Source: a virus. Taken from it: DNA of 64,000 nucleotides. The translations under genes were made by a program, and so were the position numbers. Where the stretch lies: IMG/VR virus record IMGVR_UViG_3300048914_000195; one strand, 5' to 3'. Positions within the stretch are counted from its first letter, which is position 1; each line of letters begins with the position of its first letter. Below are positions 29,001-37,393 of the stretch, in pieces. The notes beneath the pieces were generated by a model that had not been told where the DNA came from, did not search any database, and saw only the letters and a program-made list of their open reading frames with translations.

Positions 29001-29386
29001 AGAAGTTTAATCCTAAAGGGACTTACCTCAGCCCTTATTATGTTCCTTTTTACGGAGTAGATGGACCCGGTGGTGCAGCTGATTTCTATTTGGGAGTAGG
29101 AAAGGGGGCGATTGATTTTGTATCAGAAACGGTTGAGAAAATGGAGAAAGAAGATAAAGAGGATAAAGAGGATTCCGCCAATAAGAATTTGGCCACCAAC
29201 CTTAACCGGTACCTGAAGATACCGGGCCTTGTACTTGGGTCAGGAGATTTGTATATCTTGAATGCAAGAATGCAACAGGTGATTAAGGATGCTGGTGAAG
29301 AAAAATCAACCAGGAAGGCTGTGAGTGCCGGACGCGGAAGACGCAGGGCGCAAAGCAGGTCCAGACAGCGCAATCCATCAAGGTAA
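23018..29386 (+). CDS. giant virion (internal core/ejection-type) protein, 2122 aa
   Basis: The single uninterrupted 6.4-kb ORF occupies the position of the gp16-like ejection proteins of podoviruses. It has long charged helical regions, a hydrophobic segment near the C-terminus and a C-terminal RRRAQSRSRQR tail. Confidence 0.55.
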   Translation: MPEDKPYIQRIFNFMTSAYGRSGKLAKDAFTNDFDTFYQKITTNGKYADKIYNALNDAYGQKGKVKAGSFTSNTDTFKSKVLAPVAQSQPQQFDVAAQMMDFSKVGQLQPSTPDPNTALAETAIDIPKTLHKGADGKFSETKQPGLMQDISAFDQLIDKKQHEEQQAVADFTSKALDTDPGVDLMTGQKLPMSDYQARMQEYKDRVEVFDKSLREQQQKADEFAQTTAGGLYYSFIRPVYQTFLNVGKNVTAGTARLAGGIGGSLGMEESERILNKTADGLVDYFDFNRLAREGNPTGFLNMTPTYQQGKLSRANIIPKAVEAISSMATLMGGARVLGGNSTALFTSSFMSTYEDYRKTAKNAGLTDNEADQFAITSAGVTSALEMISPNRVLLRPGELSSATKGVFRAIKEGVPVKQAVKGAFKGAIKEIGKENIQELSQSVGDHVVRGATDLASGENRFNESGAFPSFDEALETVVLTTIATGAISGRRFSRNLSPSNVERSAWAQAAERPEIIERGIENGLANNSITEEQAGKIRQDVSEYTQIYDALKNQLAETNPSADVSRIALDAFKSKKIKEQSQPIQGIPALSAVQEQTNQQNKELENNIKDELIGVPEEGTEVPAVEIKQLMDNTGASEKTNLISENGYKTNNINLNELYKTNEQFKNYIDKNQLKESKNEEGLRSPVIINSDGTIVDGLNRLAQQYVNGQESARAFIEMSQQQEESPLIYDENKGAVSVEEVNNEAENSGVIAPVVEPALDNSPVERNIKEAKVRRQKAIDRLKDSWAEFNTRIKESPYQRQSLFNAPDPIKDKKFYAALANYVKEELIYRVNQVRGFANKTKAQMKSELMKELKKQNIEGINKEELDAAFENAYNDASNIPGLISGKNDRVSFAKYIRDRIQVRETGRKTGTKEARERVSAVKKEVINALKKSGVIISTAELRSISGIFESSIKEGDTDEAISKALDKVESVISRSEKRMDQETTKQLNEEIRNIKKATREGIEAGREQGAAQGRKAGISEAAQRISAVRNAIIDLAKKSGIKISIPQLRTISSLLQRAATAKDIDLAVEDAVQKASAIIWQQKNAGKIAEVNKLIKSLTKMKRAKGMVLQDVEWIKQLALPNPSQVEDIDAYAEYLENFVNTRKANKLVNDKTRQEFQEFVDKENNRIYAEKRVAWQAELDQLIADNVLPADVTLDEYLQLLDGQKIERIPEQKIKKEDALKDTLKTRLSALKANVFEFKEPVAQMDERSKSIIDKLGEVDVSQMNREDLILLNNILNNIAEYGTVDGAGLLISNYEAKKQMSELSSSGAKIRQLPSQKVINKKNISNIMSALFYNDKAISQFRERTLGGIENKVSHVKARAQRVVKEFVELNKRYKIGVKENSRLFAASYLNQYRGVDNAQMSESLKQKLSEMIDDINYLYSEGQRVKGKAGRPIREDANNRMQALTSLGLADFTPNGKDLLVEVKEHFDQDNVENRMEEIMSSLSEGERAVYDFVREKYEEQSDPLDFMMRTYLNKEFKKERNYVSLVPRPKAGEQAGNPEISEETDITQSQKRINTKPSSTTITRADKKSDKIYYDGDFFSNFVNRYYTSLYTANALPELQRTAKLVNSEEFRKFITGRLDEGFEGIGEANAGKFKTKLADVINEEKYSPFMKRGKSSVVDHMMSRGVRLVLGNVWQGPKQYAPALIHNLAINNRNALVYALRSKGRAITDKAYGETRKKFLENFTGVQRSSLGSEAYDKYVKSVNEDPAWWMKPGELLDNIQKISSFVLERADKAAQNDAYISSYITSLIRQGVINNAGDFDMAEHAENPNKEALAYAEQMASNINNESAKAYRPDALTKGDYTKYLWLLQGFSLNAYQNAMNKAKIVFDNRATGEEKKEALSHFLGYLGEMGSYQLVGKWARNSQLAIAAALLSGIWGIKADEDEEKNKNKKVKENIRTTANIAADLTLSGLPAPVQAAMKASVNYGYKQWAKIEVSQRKKAAKGTGQKFNPKGTYLSPYYVPFYGVDGPGGAADFYLGVGKGAIDFVSETVEKMEKEDKEDKEDSANKNLATNLNRYLKIPGLVLGSGDLYILNARMQQVIKDAGEEKSTRKAVSAGRGRRRAQSRSRQRNPSR

Positions 29387-29401
29387 ATACGTAATTTTCA
29401 G

Positions 29402-29409
29402 TACATTTG
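29402..29409 (+). promoter_or_regulatory. -7 box TACATTTG
   Basis: Exact TAnnTTTG match, 20 nt before ATG 29430. The octamer is identical to the portal promoter box. Confidence 0.45.
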
Positions 29410-29429
29410 TTAAAACATAATTCGTTGTT

Positions 29430-29933
29430 ATGGCGTTCATAGTGAAATTCACAGTTACTCAATCAGTTGATGGCGAGATCGTCACTTTAACCGACAACAC
29501 GAATTACGGTGATGGCGGAAATTTCCATAAAACAGATTTTGTCAGCCGGACGCTATATATAACCAGGGGTGATAATCTAATAGAACAGACAATCGATTTC
29601 CCATATACCAATACCGTAGACGGCACCCAAGACACTTATCTATTTACCCAAGAGAAAGATTACGCCTATTCGATACGAATGGTTCTGATTGATAATCTAG
29701 CAGTAGAGTATACATATGTTGCAACGGTTATTACGACTGAGTATATTAACCAAAAGCTAAGGGAGATTCTGGGGGACATTGCTTCTTGTGGTTGCCATGG
29801 TGATTGTAAGTTGGCCCAGAAAATACAATGCGCTATTGATGCTGCAACAGCTCGTGCCTGCGCTGCTGATATTGCCGGCGCACAACGCCTTCTGGAATAT
29901 GCCAATGAATTGTATGACAATCATAACTGTTAA
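29430..29933 (+). CDS. hypothetical protein (167 aa)
   Basis: Track ORF with its own -7 box. The C-terminal part is Cys-rich (SCGCHGDCKLAQKIQC). Confidence 0.55.
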   Translation: MAFIVKFTVTQSVDGEIVTLTDNTNYGDGGNFHKTDFVSRTLYITRGDNLIEQTIDFPYTNTVDGTQDTYLFTQEKDYAYSIRMVLIDNLAVEYTYVATVITTEYINQKLREILGDIASCGCHGDCKLAQKIQCAIDAATARACAADIAGAQRLLEYANELYDNHNC

Positions 29934-29935
29934 GC

Positions 29936-30760
29936 ATGCCATATATTGATGCGACAAAAGCCAAACAAATAGTAGCAATCGCAAAGGATTATCTTGGCGA
30001 AACTGTGTTGTCATATGTAGATAAAGAGGGAAATGGTTGCGGCAAAAGCAACAAATGGTCAGATCTGCTTTGTTTTTACGAGCTGTATCGTGTTGCTGGT
30101 CATCGTATTGATGATTTGATAAACACGCAGTCATATCAAAATGTAATCTTGAAATTATTGGGCAAGGTGGCCCTAACACCGAATTATTCACTTTCAACGT
30201 GTGGCGGGAATGTGATTACTGTAAATGGAGGCTGTGGCTGTGCAGGAGGCGGATCTACCACGGGTCCTACATCCGGATGCAAAGACAGCACGCTGTCCTT
30301 TACTTTGCCAGCTGCACAAACTACCATTACTAATCCAGCACTGATCGGGGTAGATATTCTTATCGCAATAAGGGAGGGTGTTGTAATGAGTACGCATTCA
30401 AACAATACAAATGGATATATGTTTGATAGTGCTACCGGTTCGTTTGTCGCCAACTCACCAGCAGGCCCTGCGGGAGAAGATTTTATACTGTTGTATCGGG
30501 ACTGTAATGCTGGAGGTGGAATTCCTATCCCTCCAGTAGGATTGAGAACGGGTAATTATAATATTGTGGCTGATGGGGTACTTACGGAATTCAATGTCCC
30601 ACATGGTGGAACAGTTACTCCTACGTGGTGGGATGTGGCGGCAGCAGAGCGAGAGGCCTGTGGCATAATAGAGAAGGAGCCGCACGCAACATTTATTCGG
30701 ATATATTATGACGTGGCTCCTGTAGCTGGGTCTCATTTAGTAACATATGCAGCAAGATAA
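29936..30760 (+). CDS. hypothetical protein (274 aa)
   Basis: Track ORF, tightly packed before the tailspike gene. Confidence 0.55.
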   Translation: MPYIDATKAKQIVAIAKDYLGETVLSYVDKEGNGCGKSNKWSDLLCFYELYRVAGHRIDDLINTQSYQNVILKLLGKVALTPNYSLSTCGGNVITVNGGCGCAGGGSTTGPTSGCKDSTLSFTLPAAQTTITNPALIGVDILIAIREGVVMSTHSNNTNGYMFDSATGSFVANSPAGPAGEDFILLYRDCNAGGGIPIPPVGLRTGNYNIVADGVLTEFNVPHGGTVTPTWWDVAAAEREACGIIEKEPHATFIRIYYDVAPVAGSHLVTYAAR

Positions 30761-30763
30761 GAC

Positions 30764-33700
30764 ATGCCATATAACGCATCAACAAGAACATTTGATACTA
30801 TCGCTGATTTAAGAGCGCAGAAAGGGATAGCCAATTCCAGTGTATCTGTGTTGGGATATTCTACCGTGGGCGATTACGGCGGTACCCAATATTATTGGGA
30901 CCAGGATTGTGTTGATGCTGATGATGGGGGATGCGTAATCAGGCTGAATGTTGGCGACCCAGCCGCCGCCGGCGGATGGAGATTAAAATATGGGCCATTT
31001 ATAAATGCGGAATCATTTGGTGTAATAGGGGATGGTGTTACAGACATAACCTCTAATCTCCAACGAGCCATGGATGCGTGTGTAACACTAAAGGCTACAT
31101 TGTATATACCTAAAGCCAAAGGGAATTATATTGTTTCGTTTACAAATAGCCAAAGTGTGTTTATAAAAGGCTCTATCAATATAGAGTCAAATGGTGCCAC
31201 CATATATGCAGATTCTGCTAATTCAACTTCTACTATCTTCAACCTGTATCCTGGTTTGCCAGCTGATACGGAGATATCTTTCAGTGGGTTAAATTGTAAC
31301 GGTAACAGGCGATTTAACTTTATCCGTACCGCACCGACAACGCCAGTACCCGCCTTCTTAATAAAGTCATTCACTATCCAAGGGTGTACTTTCGGCACTC
31401 AATCTATTATTGCTGATTGGGACTGTACTGATCGCGTAGTTATTGAAAATCAATTATCCGGATACGGAGTAGATGAAAACAGTCTGTATGGATGTCAGAT
31501 TTCCGTAGTGCAAAGGGCGGATAGCCCAGAGTGTAAGACGTTGATAGTGCGTGACTGTAAGGTCATGGGTAATGAGGCGCAGATTGACATGTTTTTCATA
31601 AAAGGTGGCGCTTCCCGGTACACAGAAATGACAAATCTGATAGCGCAACGATTTGTTCAAGCGTCTGGAACTGGAGACGGTTTTGACCTTGATGGGATGG
31701 GGTTTGCCGCTAAACTTTCCAATCTATATGCTATTAATTGTGGGATAGAAATAAAAGGGGACTTGGATTATTTCGATGGCGCTCACTTGACCGCCAATAA
31801 CTTGGTTTCTATAAACTCCAGCGGTGCCGGCATTTCTATCAGAACGTCTGGTGTATACAATAACATTTATTGCTATAACTCTAATGGCCGCGCCTTGAAT
31901 GTCACCGGGTTTAATCCCACTAACGCCACTCAAGATGAACAGGACATTGTCATCAGCAACGTGGCATGTGTGTATGCAGGAGCGGCGGCATACACTCCCG
32001 TTGCGTTAGGTTTGAGTAATGTAAACATAAAAGGACTCCATATATACAATGATCCTGGCTTTTCCAGTTTTGGTGCGGCGCAGCCAATCCGACTTGCCGG
32101 TACTTTCAAAAACTTAATAATAGATGGATTCCATATACGTGGCGGAGCCAACGGTATATATTCTGATCCTGATGGGAATTACACAAATGTCACTATAAAG
32201 AATGGCGTAATGGAAAACATTACCAGTCGCCTTTTTTCTTTATCTGGCACTGGCATCACCGGACTGACCATTGACAATGTGAACTTTGTAAACTATACCG
32301 GAGGGACAAACTATATTATTTTTTCAGCACCGCTGGAACAGATCAAAATAAGTAATATGCCGGCCGCTGCGTTGGCGTCTATGGCTACAAAGAGTGGGTT
32401 TCAAACATATTCTTCCAAGGTAGTTATTAATGGCATGTATGCATATGACTACTCCGGCACCGCCGGTAATCCGCCGGTAATTTCGGATAACTGGCCAGTG
32501 GGATGTACGGTTCAGAATATGTCTGATGCGACGACTTGGATGAAGGTTTCTACTTCTGGTGTGCAAACTACAGCATATACTCAGGTAAATGCTTTTAATA
32601 ACCTGAATACAGTTGGGGCAAAAAATTTATTCCTTGCAACCAGCTCTTCAAGTGGGTCTAATACCAAGGCGTCGTTGCGCGGGATAGTAAAATCTGATGT
32701 TGCTCAGGTGTTTGGATCAGAAGGTACAGATCCGACAGGGGACTGGAATTTAGTGGCGAATACCTACCCAGGTTTTGGCCCAAATCTTATTTTTGGTGGG
32801 TCTACTAATGGCCCCGGTACTGGCAACTTTTACTACTACCCTCTCACACTAAACTTTGGCTCAACCAAGGACGGTACTGGCAATGTCACCCAGATTGCCA
32901 TTCCATATAACAACAACACCATAGGGTTATGGTTCCGGTATCGTATTAGTGGAACATGGAGCGCTTGGACTAATATATGGGATGCCAATACGCTGTATGG
33001 ATATAGAACAGAAACGATTGACTATACGCTGTTGTCTACAGACGGAGTTTTGTTTATGAACAATACTGTTGCGCGTACGGTGACACTTCCCTTAGCTGCC
33101 AGTGCTTTAAAAAAGGCATACTTTATAAAAAAAGTAAGTAACAATACATCTATTGTGACCATTACCCGTTCCGGGTCGGATACAATAGATGGAGATGTTA
33201 GCATATTTTTGCCTACGTTTGGGGATTGTGTGGGACTGGAGAGTGATGGTACTACCTGGCGGGTTATAACTACAACCATAGGCGGTAAGTTTGCCATAAG
33301 AACAGTTACGGCAACAGCAACCATGAATAGTTACGATTGGGGCTTGCTGGTTAACAATACCGCAGCGGCAGTGATTACGCTTCCTACTGCATCCACCGTT
33401 ACAGGGAAAACATATTGGATAAAGAAGTCGAGTAACAATGCATTTGCTGTAACTATTACGGGTGCTGAACAAGGAGTTGATGTAGCCCTGTCATCTTTTA
33501 ATGATAGTGTATTTATTCAGTCAAATGGCACCAGTTACTTTGTAATATCAAGAAGTATAGCCGTTGGAACTCCAACATTAAACCAGGTGCTCACAGCGGG
33601 TGGGACATCTGCGCTATCTATGAGTGTTGGGAGCTTTACTTCAACTGGGTCATTTTCGCTTAATCAATCTACTATTACCGCGTCAACTACATTGACAGAT

Positions 33701-33946
33701 GCACAGACAACAGTGTGGGCTAATAATGCAGCGGCAATCGTAGTGAGCCTGCCCACTTCTGCCGGACGTGCCGGACGAATTTATATAATAAAAAAGGTAA
33801 GTGCAAATGCATTTGCTGTAACTATAGATCCTGCTGGAACTGAAACGATAGATGGTTTAACGACGGTTGACCTCACCACACAATATGATTTTATTGTGAT
33901 TCAGTCAGATGGAACCAATTGGTTCCAAATATCGCCGGCATTATAA
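30764..33946 (+). CDS. tailspike with pectate-lyase-superfamily beta-helix and triplicated C-terminal domain
   Basis: The N-terminal INAESFGVIGDGVTDITSNLQRAMDA is the classic pectate_lyase_3/tailspike opening motif. The centre has long beta-helix-like repeats. There are three C-terminal copies of an LP..a....Y.IKK.S.N...VTI...G..TIDG......D...(L/I)(E/Q)SDGT.W domain. Confidence 0.75.
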   Translation: MPYNASTRTFDTIADLRAQKGIANSSVSVLGYSTVGDYGGTQYYWDQDCVDADDGGCVIRLNVGDPAAAGGWRLKYGPFINAESFGVIGDGVTDITSNLQRAMDACVTLKATLYIPKAKGNYIVSFTNSQSVFIKGSINIESNGATIYADSANSTSTIFNLYPGLPADTEISFSGLNCNGNRRFNFIRTAPTTPVPAFLIKSFTIQGCTFGTQSIIADWDCTDRVVIENQLSGYGVDENSLYGCQISVVQRADSPECKTLIVRDCKVMGNEAQIDMFFIKGGASRYTEMTNLIAQRFVQASGTGDGFDLDGMGFAAKLSNLYAINCGIEIKGDLDYFDGAHLTANNLVSINSSGAGISIRTSGVYNNIYCYNSNGRALNVTGFNPTNATQDEQDIVISNVACVYAGAAAYTPVALGLSNVNIKGLHIYNDPGFSSFGAAQPIRLAGTFKNLIIDGFHIRGGANGIYSDPDGNYTNVTIKNGVMENITSRLFSLSGTGITGLTIDNVNFVNYTGGTNYIIFSAPLEQIKISNMPAAALASMATKSGFQTYSSKVVINGMYAYDYSGTAGNPPVISDNWPVGCTVQNMSDATTWMKVSTSGVQTTAYTQVNAFNNLNTVGAKNLFLATSSSSGSNTKASLRGIVKSDVAQVFGSEGTDPTGDWNLVANTYPGFGPNLIFGGSTNGPGTGNFYYYPLTLNFGSTKDGTGNVTQIAIPYNNNTIGLWFRYRISGTWSAWTNIWDANTLYGYRTETIDYTLLSTDGVLFMNNTVARTVTLPLAASALKKAYFIKKVSNNTSIVTITRSGSDTIDGDVSIFLPTFGDCVGLESDGTTWRVITTTIGGKFAIRTVTATATMNSYDWGLLVNNTAAAVITLPTASTVTGKTYWIKKSSNNAFAVTITGAEQGVDVALSSFNDSVFIQSNGTSYFVISRSIAVGTPTLNQVLTAGGTSALSMSVGSFTSTGSFSLNQSTITASTTLTDAQTTVWANNAAAIVVSLPTSAGRAGRIYIIKKVSANAFAVTIDPAGTETIDGLTTVDLTTQYDFIVIQSDGTNWFQISPAL

Positions 33947-33970
33947 GTCATCAAATCCCTCAAATATAAC

Positions 33971-35194
33971 ATGAAACGGTTACTTTTATTAGTGGCTGTG
34001 CTTCTGCCATTCTTGGTGGAAGCTCAGTATATTGCTATCGGCACGAACAACACCGATACCACTACAGAGCGATATGTACAATTCTCCCCTACAAATGCTG
34101 TAAATAATAGAAGGGTTATAGAGAAAATACGTGACAGTACGTATTGGTCTATGCGTACACTTCGGGCGTTTATACGGGCGGTGGACAGTACTCATGCGTC
34201 TGTTAACAATCCTACCAATCTTATATGGGTTAGTGGGTTTGGAGAGCTGAGACGGGCAAATATTAATAGTGTAATACTTGACACGGCGAGTACATATGCA
34301 TCAAAGGCGTGGGTTTTAAGTCGGGCATATGGGAATGTATCTACGTCTGGATCTTATATAAACCCTTCATGGATTACATCCCTTGATTATTCTAAATTGA
34401 CCGGCACCCCTTCTATCCCAGCTGGTCAGGTAAATAGCGACTGGAACTCCACAAGTGGTGTAACACAGATACTCAATAAACCAGTTTTGTCTACAGTTGC
34501 AGTAACTGGTGTTTACAATGACTTAACGGGCAAGCCTACAATACCGTCATCGACCAGTCAAATTTCAGAAGGGTCTAATCTTTATTATACAGATGCGCGA
34601 TCCAGAGCGGCACATTCTGCTGGGACTGGCATTTCCTATAATGCATCTACGGGGATAATTACAAATTCGGCTCCAGATCAGACTGTATCGCTCACTCCCG
34701 GAGCAGGTATTTCTACAAGCGGCACGTATCCTAATTTTACTATTACCAATACCGCACCGAACCAAACGGTTACCTTAACATCGGGCAGGGGAATATCTGT
34801 TACAGGGACTTATCCTAATTTCACTATTTCACTTGTTACACCAACCATTTCTATTGTTGCCCGTTCTCTTAATACCAACTTTACACCTAATGCGACCAAG
34901 GAGACAATAGTCACCTATACCGTTACATGTACAGTAACCAATCCGTTGCTGGTAGGTACAAGTACTGCTATGGCGTACCTAGAATACTCTGTAAATGGAG
35001 GGACTACGTGGTTGCTGCCGTCCCAAAACGGTAATAGTAGCGGTGTTGGGGTTACAGTAACGTTACAGCTAACCAATGGTCAAACTGGCACCTTACTAGG
35101 GTTTATACCTGCTAATGCGTTAGTGCGTATACGAACCTCTACAACCGGCACTGCCAGCGTCGTATACGTTACAGGGCAAGAGATGAATTACTAG
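33971..35194 (+). CDS. tail-fibre-like protein with N-terminal signal-peptide-like segment
   Basis: Fibre repeats are present: SDWNSTSGVTQILNKPVLSTVAVTGVYNDLTGKPTIP and GISTSGTYPNFTITNTAPNQTVTLTSGRGISVTGTYPNFTISL. The N-terminus MKRLLLLVAVLLPFLVEAQ looks like a Sec signal. Confidence 0.7.
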   Translation: MKRLLLLVAVLLPFLVEAQYIAIGTNNTDTTTERYVQFSPTNAVNNRRVIEKIRDSTYWSMRTLRAFIRAVDSTHASVNNPTNLIWVSGFGELRRANINSVILDTASTYASKAWVLSRAYGNVSTSGSYINPSWITSLDYSKLTGTPSIPAGQVNSDWNSTSGVTQILNKPVLSTVAVTGVYNDLTGKPTIPSSTSQISEGSNLYYTDARSRAAHSAGTGISYNASTGIITNSAPDQTVSLTPGAGISTSGTYPNFTITNTAPNQTVTLTSGRGISVTGTYPNFTISLVTPTISIVARSLNTNFTPNATKETIVTYTVTCTVTNPLLVGTSTAMAYLEYSVNGGTTWLLPSQNGNSSGVGVTVTLQLTNGQTGTLLGFIPANALVRIRTSTTGTASVVYVTGQEMNY

Positions 35195-35218
35195 TAATAT
35201 GAACGTGTTAATTTTTCT

Positions 35219-35226
35219 TATATTTG
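35219..35226 (+). promoter_or_regulatory. -7 box TATATTTG, 4 nt before ATG 35231
   Basis: Exact TAnnTTTG match. The box and N4-ATG spacing are the same as at 14587-14599. Confidence 0.45.
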
Positions 35227-35230
35227 CCAT

Positions 35231-35539
35231 ATGGCTTTATCTGAAAAGGACAAATTCATACAGAGGAAAGAGTTTTTCATACTTTGGCTGGCCGCAGGGT
35301 CTATCTTCCTATCTTTTGCACTTTTCTTTTGTGTCATTTTCCTTCCAATCCCAAGCGGCAGGAGCGATATAGCTAATTTTATAATTGGAGGGGTAATGGG
35401 TTCTGTGTTTGGTGTTATAATAAGTAATTATTATAGATCGAAGGAGAAGGGAACTGAGCAGGACGACAATATGAATAAGCTGATGGACAAAATCCCCTCA
35501 CAGCAAACAGAAACAACTCAGCCACAAACAACTCAATAA
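35231..35539 (+). CDS. holin-like membrane protein (2 TMD, charged C-tail)
   Basis: 102 aa with two hydrophobic helices (FFILWLAAGSIFLSFALFFCVIFL and FIIGGVMGSVFGVIISNYY) and a polar tail. First gene of the lysis cassette. Confidence 0.45.
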   Translation: MALSEKDKFIQRKEFFILWLAAGSIFLSFALFFCVIFLPIPSGRSDIANFIIGGVMGSVFGVIISNYYRSKEKGTEQDDNMNKLMDKIPSQQTETTQPQTTQ

Positions 35540-35540
35540 T

Positions 35541-35753
35541 ATGTCAGAAAAAGTAATTGTTACTCAGGAAATCCTGGATCTCAACCCAGACCTTGTCGAG
35601 CAAGGTGTCCAAATCGGTGAAGAAATCGAACTTGGCGAACTGTGCGACGAGAATGGTGATCCATTGACTTCAGAAAAGACGGCCTCTAAGGATGATGAGC
35701 CGGAAGCAAACGATACAAACATCGTAGGAGGAAGAGAAAAAGATGATAGATAA
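35541..35753 (+). CDS. small acidic protein (70 aa)
   Basis: Track ORF, very acidic. No motif recognised. Confidence 0.45.
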   Translation: MSEKVIVTQEILDLNPDLVEQGVQIGEEIELGELCDENGDPLTSEKTASKDDEPEANDTNIVGGREKDDR

Positions 35754-36060
35754 GGCAAGACTGGCTATATGGATGTTAGCAATTGGCATATTTGTCATAA
35801 TCGAATATTATATATTTGGTAAAGACCATATTCCAGGATACAATGTGCATAAGGCCCGCGCTATCACTTTCATCTTTTTTGGTCTAGCCACATGGCTAAT
35901 TCCTACAAAAGCGCCCTTGTTTAATCGACTAGGGCGCTTCTTTGTGATTATATCTATTGGTCATTTTATAGATGAGTTCTTTATAGAATTTATCATTGGA
36001 GGATTAGCTTTATTGACAGTTTTTCCAGTTAAAAAGTGGTTGAAGAGATTGGATAAATAG
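35743..36060 (+). CDS. multi-TMD membrane protein (holin/antiholin candidate)
   Basis: 105 aa with 3-4 hydrophobic helices. Located in the lysis cassette. Confidence 0.4.
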   Translation: MIDKARLAIWMLAIGIFVIIEYYIFGKDHIPGYNVHKARAITFIFFGLATWLIPTKAPLFNRLGRFFVIISIGHFIDEFFIEFIIGGLALLTVFPVKKWLKRLDK

Positions 36061-36078
36061 TTCACAAACCCATGCGCG

Positions 36079-36384
36079 TTGGAAAACGAATTCAAAAGAT
36101 ATGCAATCCCTCGAAAGTGGAGAAGGTGGATATGGGCAGGTACCATTAGCGGACTCATATATGCTGCTAAGTGGATGGCCGATAAAAACAAGGAACTGGA
36201 ACAAAAGTTGGAGGAATGTAATGAGAAGAATGTTACCCTTCAAGGCGAAACCATAAAAATACAGCAACGACGCGCAGACGGAGATAGCGCATTGATAAGA
36301 ATACTATTGCAGAAAGCCCTGGAGGATGCCAACAAAAGAATCATTGAGCCAAAACTCGACAGTCTCAGCAAGACGAAATTATGA
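36079..36384 (+). CDS. i-spanin-like protein (N-terminal TMD + coiled coil)
   Basis: The track ORF starts at TTG 36079. The only in-frame ATG lies after the TMD (WIWAGTISGLIYAAKW). The body is coiled-coil-like. The ORF overlaps the start of a lipoprotein gene. Confidence 0.45.
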   Translation: MENEFKRYAIPRKWRRWIWAGTISGLIYAAKWMADKNKELEQKLEECNEKNVTLQGETIKIQQRRADGDSALIRILLQKALEDANKRIIEPKLDSLSKTKL

Positions 36385-36734
36385 AAATGGTATGGGCTAT
36401 ACTGACAATCGGTTGTATTTTGACGTTTAGCACGTCAACAGGCACTTATTTATATCAAAAGCCACCACTTGACTCTGTAAAAATAATACCAGAAGACACA
36501 ATAGAGCGGGATACGGTAGCGTTAATGAATGTGATCCAGCCATTGGCCGACTCTTTTGCCTTAGAGGCTGTAAGAAAGATAGATAGCGTTAGTTCTCGGC
36601 CACGTTTTTTTGTTAAAAGGGTAGATGTTGAGAGGCGTGTAGAAGGCAATCATAAGGCTTGGATTACAATCTATAAAAGGCAAAGTGGTGTTAGCCGATA
36701 TGATACCACTTTAGTAGTTGAAATACCAGAATAA
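36381..36734 (+). CDS. o-spanin-like lipoprotein
   Basis: Signal peptide with lipobox MKMVWAILTIGC. 117 aa. It has an ATGA overlap with the i-spanin-like gene. Confidence 0.5.
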   Translation: MKMVWAILTIGCILTFSTSTGTYLYQKPPLDSVKIIPEDTIERDTVALMNVIQPLADSFALEAVRKIDSVSSRPRFFVKRVDVERRVEGNHKAWITIYKRQSGVSRYDTTLVVEIPE

Positions 36735-37384
36735 TGAGAGTGATTGTTTTATTTTTTATTGCAACTCTTTTTGGGTGCAAGTCCGTAGAAAAACAGCGAA
36801 GTCGCGCTAATTCATTTTTTGATAAATATCCCGCTGAATTGGCCGCAAAATGCGACAAGGTGTTCCCTGTAAGCGACAGCGCCGGGCACTGGGAATCTGA
36901 CCTGAAATTGGCAGCCAGAAACACAGATTATAGGCAACAGATAGATAGCTTGGCCACTTTTTCAGAAAACATATTAACGCAACTTATTTTCTCGAGATCA
37001 AGAGTAGATAGCATTAGCGAAGCTTGTGCCGATGTGGTATTGTCTTACATGAGGGACATAGACAAGTTATCCATGGACTTAAAGCGTCTCTCCACACAAT
37101 ACACCCCCTGTAACACAGATACGTTAAGGATGTACCAGACGATCTACAGGCGATCAACTGCGCATGAAGCTGTGCTTACAGATAGCATACAACAATACAG
37201 ATATCAATTGAGCGAACTCACACGCCAGGCGAACGAATATATTTCTCAAATAAAATCAAAGGATCAAGCATTGTCCGAGGCGAAAAAAGACATGAAACAG
37301 TGGATGTGGCGAGCTGTTGGGACCTGGATCGGAATAGCATTATTATTGAGCGTAGCGCTCTACCTGTTGATAAGAAAAAAATAA
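36734..37384 (+). CDS. lipoprotein with C-terminal TMD (unimolecular-spanin-like topology)
   Basis: N-terminal lipobox (FIATLFGC) and a C-terminal TMD (WIGIALLLSVALYLLIRKK), with a helical middle. It lies directly upstream of the endolysin. Confidence 0.45.
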   Translation: MRVIVLFFIATLFGCKSVEKQRSRANSFFDKYPAELAAKCDKVFPVSDSAGHWESDLKLAARNTDYRQQIDSLATFSENILTQLIFSRSRVDSISEACADVVLSYMRDIDKLSMDLKRLSTQYTPCNTDTLRMYQTIYRRSTAHEAVLTDSIQQYRYQLSELTRQANEYISQIKSKDQALSEAKKDMKQWMWRAVGTWIGIALLLSVALYLLIRKK

Positions 37385-37393
37385 CAGAACTGT

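Noticed and set aside
33000-33946. Diversity-generating retroelement target (VR/TR) in the tailspike repeats
   Set aside because: No reverse transcriptase or Avd-like gene is present in the window. The repeats are diverged at all codon positions rather than at adenine-specific sites.
2784-35758. Numerous antisense ORFs in the track inside the long late genes (for example 2784..3137, 6580..7050, 8326..8769, 25963..26307, 33107..33472)
   Set aside because: Each is fully nested antisense or out of frame within a much longer ORF that has structural motifs or clear operon context. These are typical shadow ORFs.
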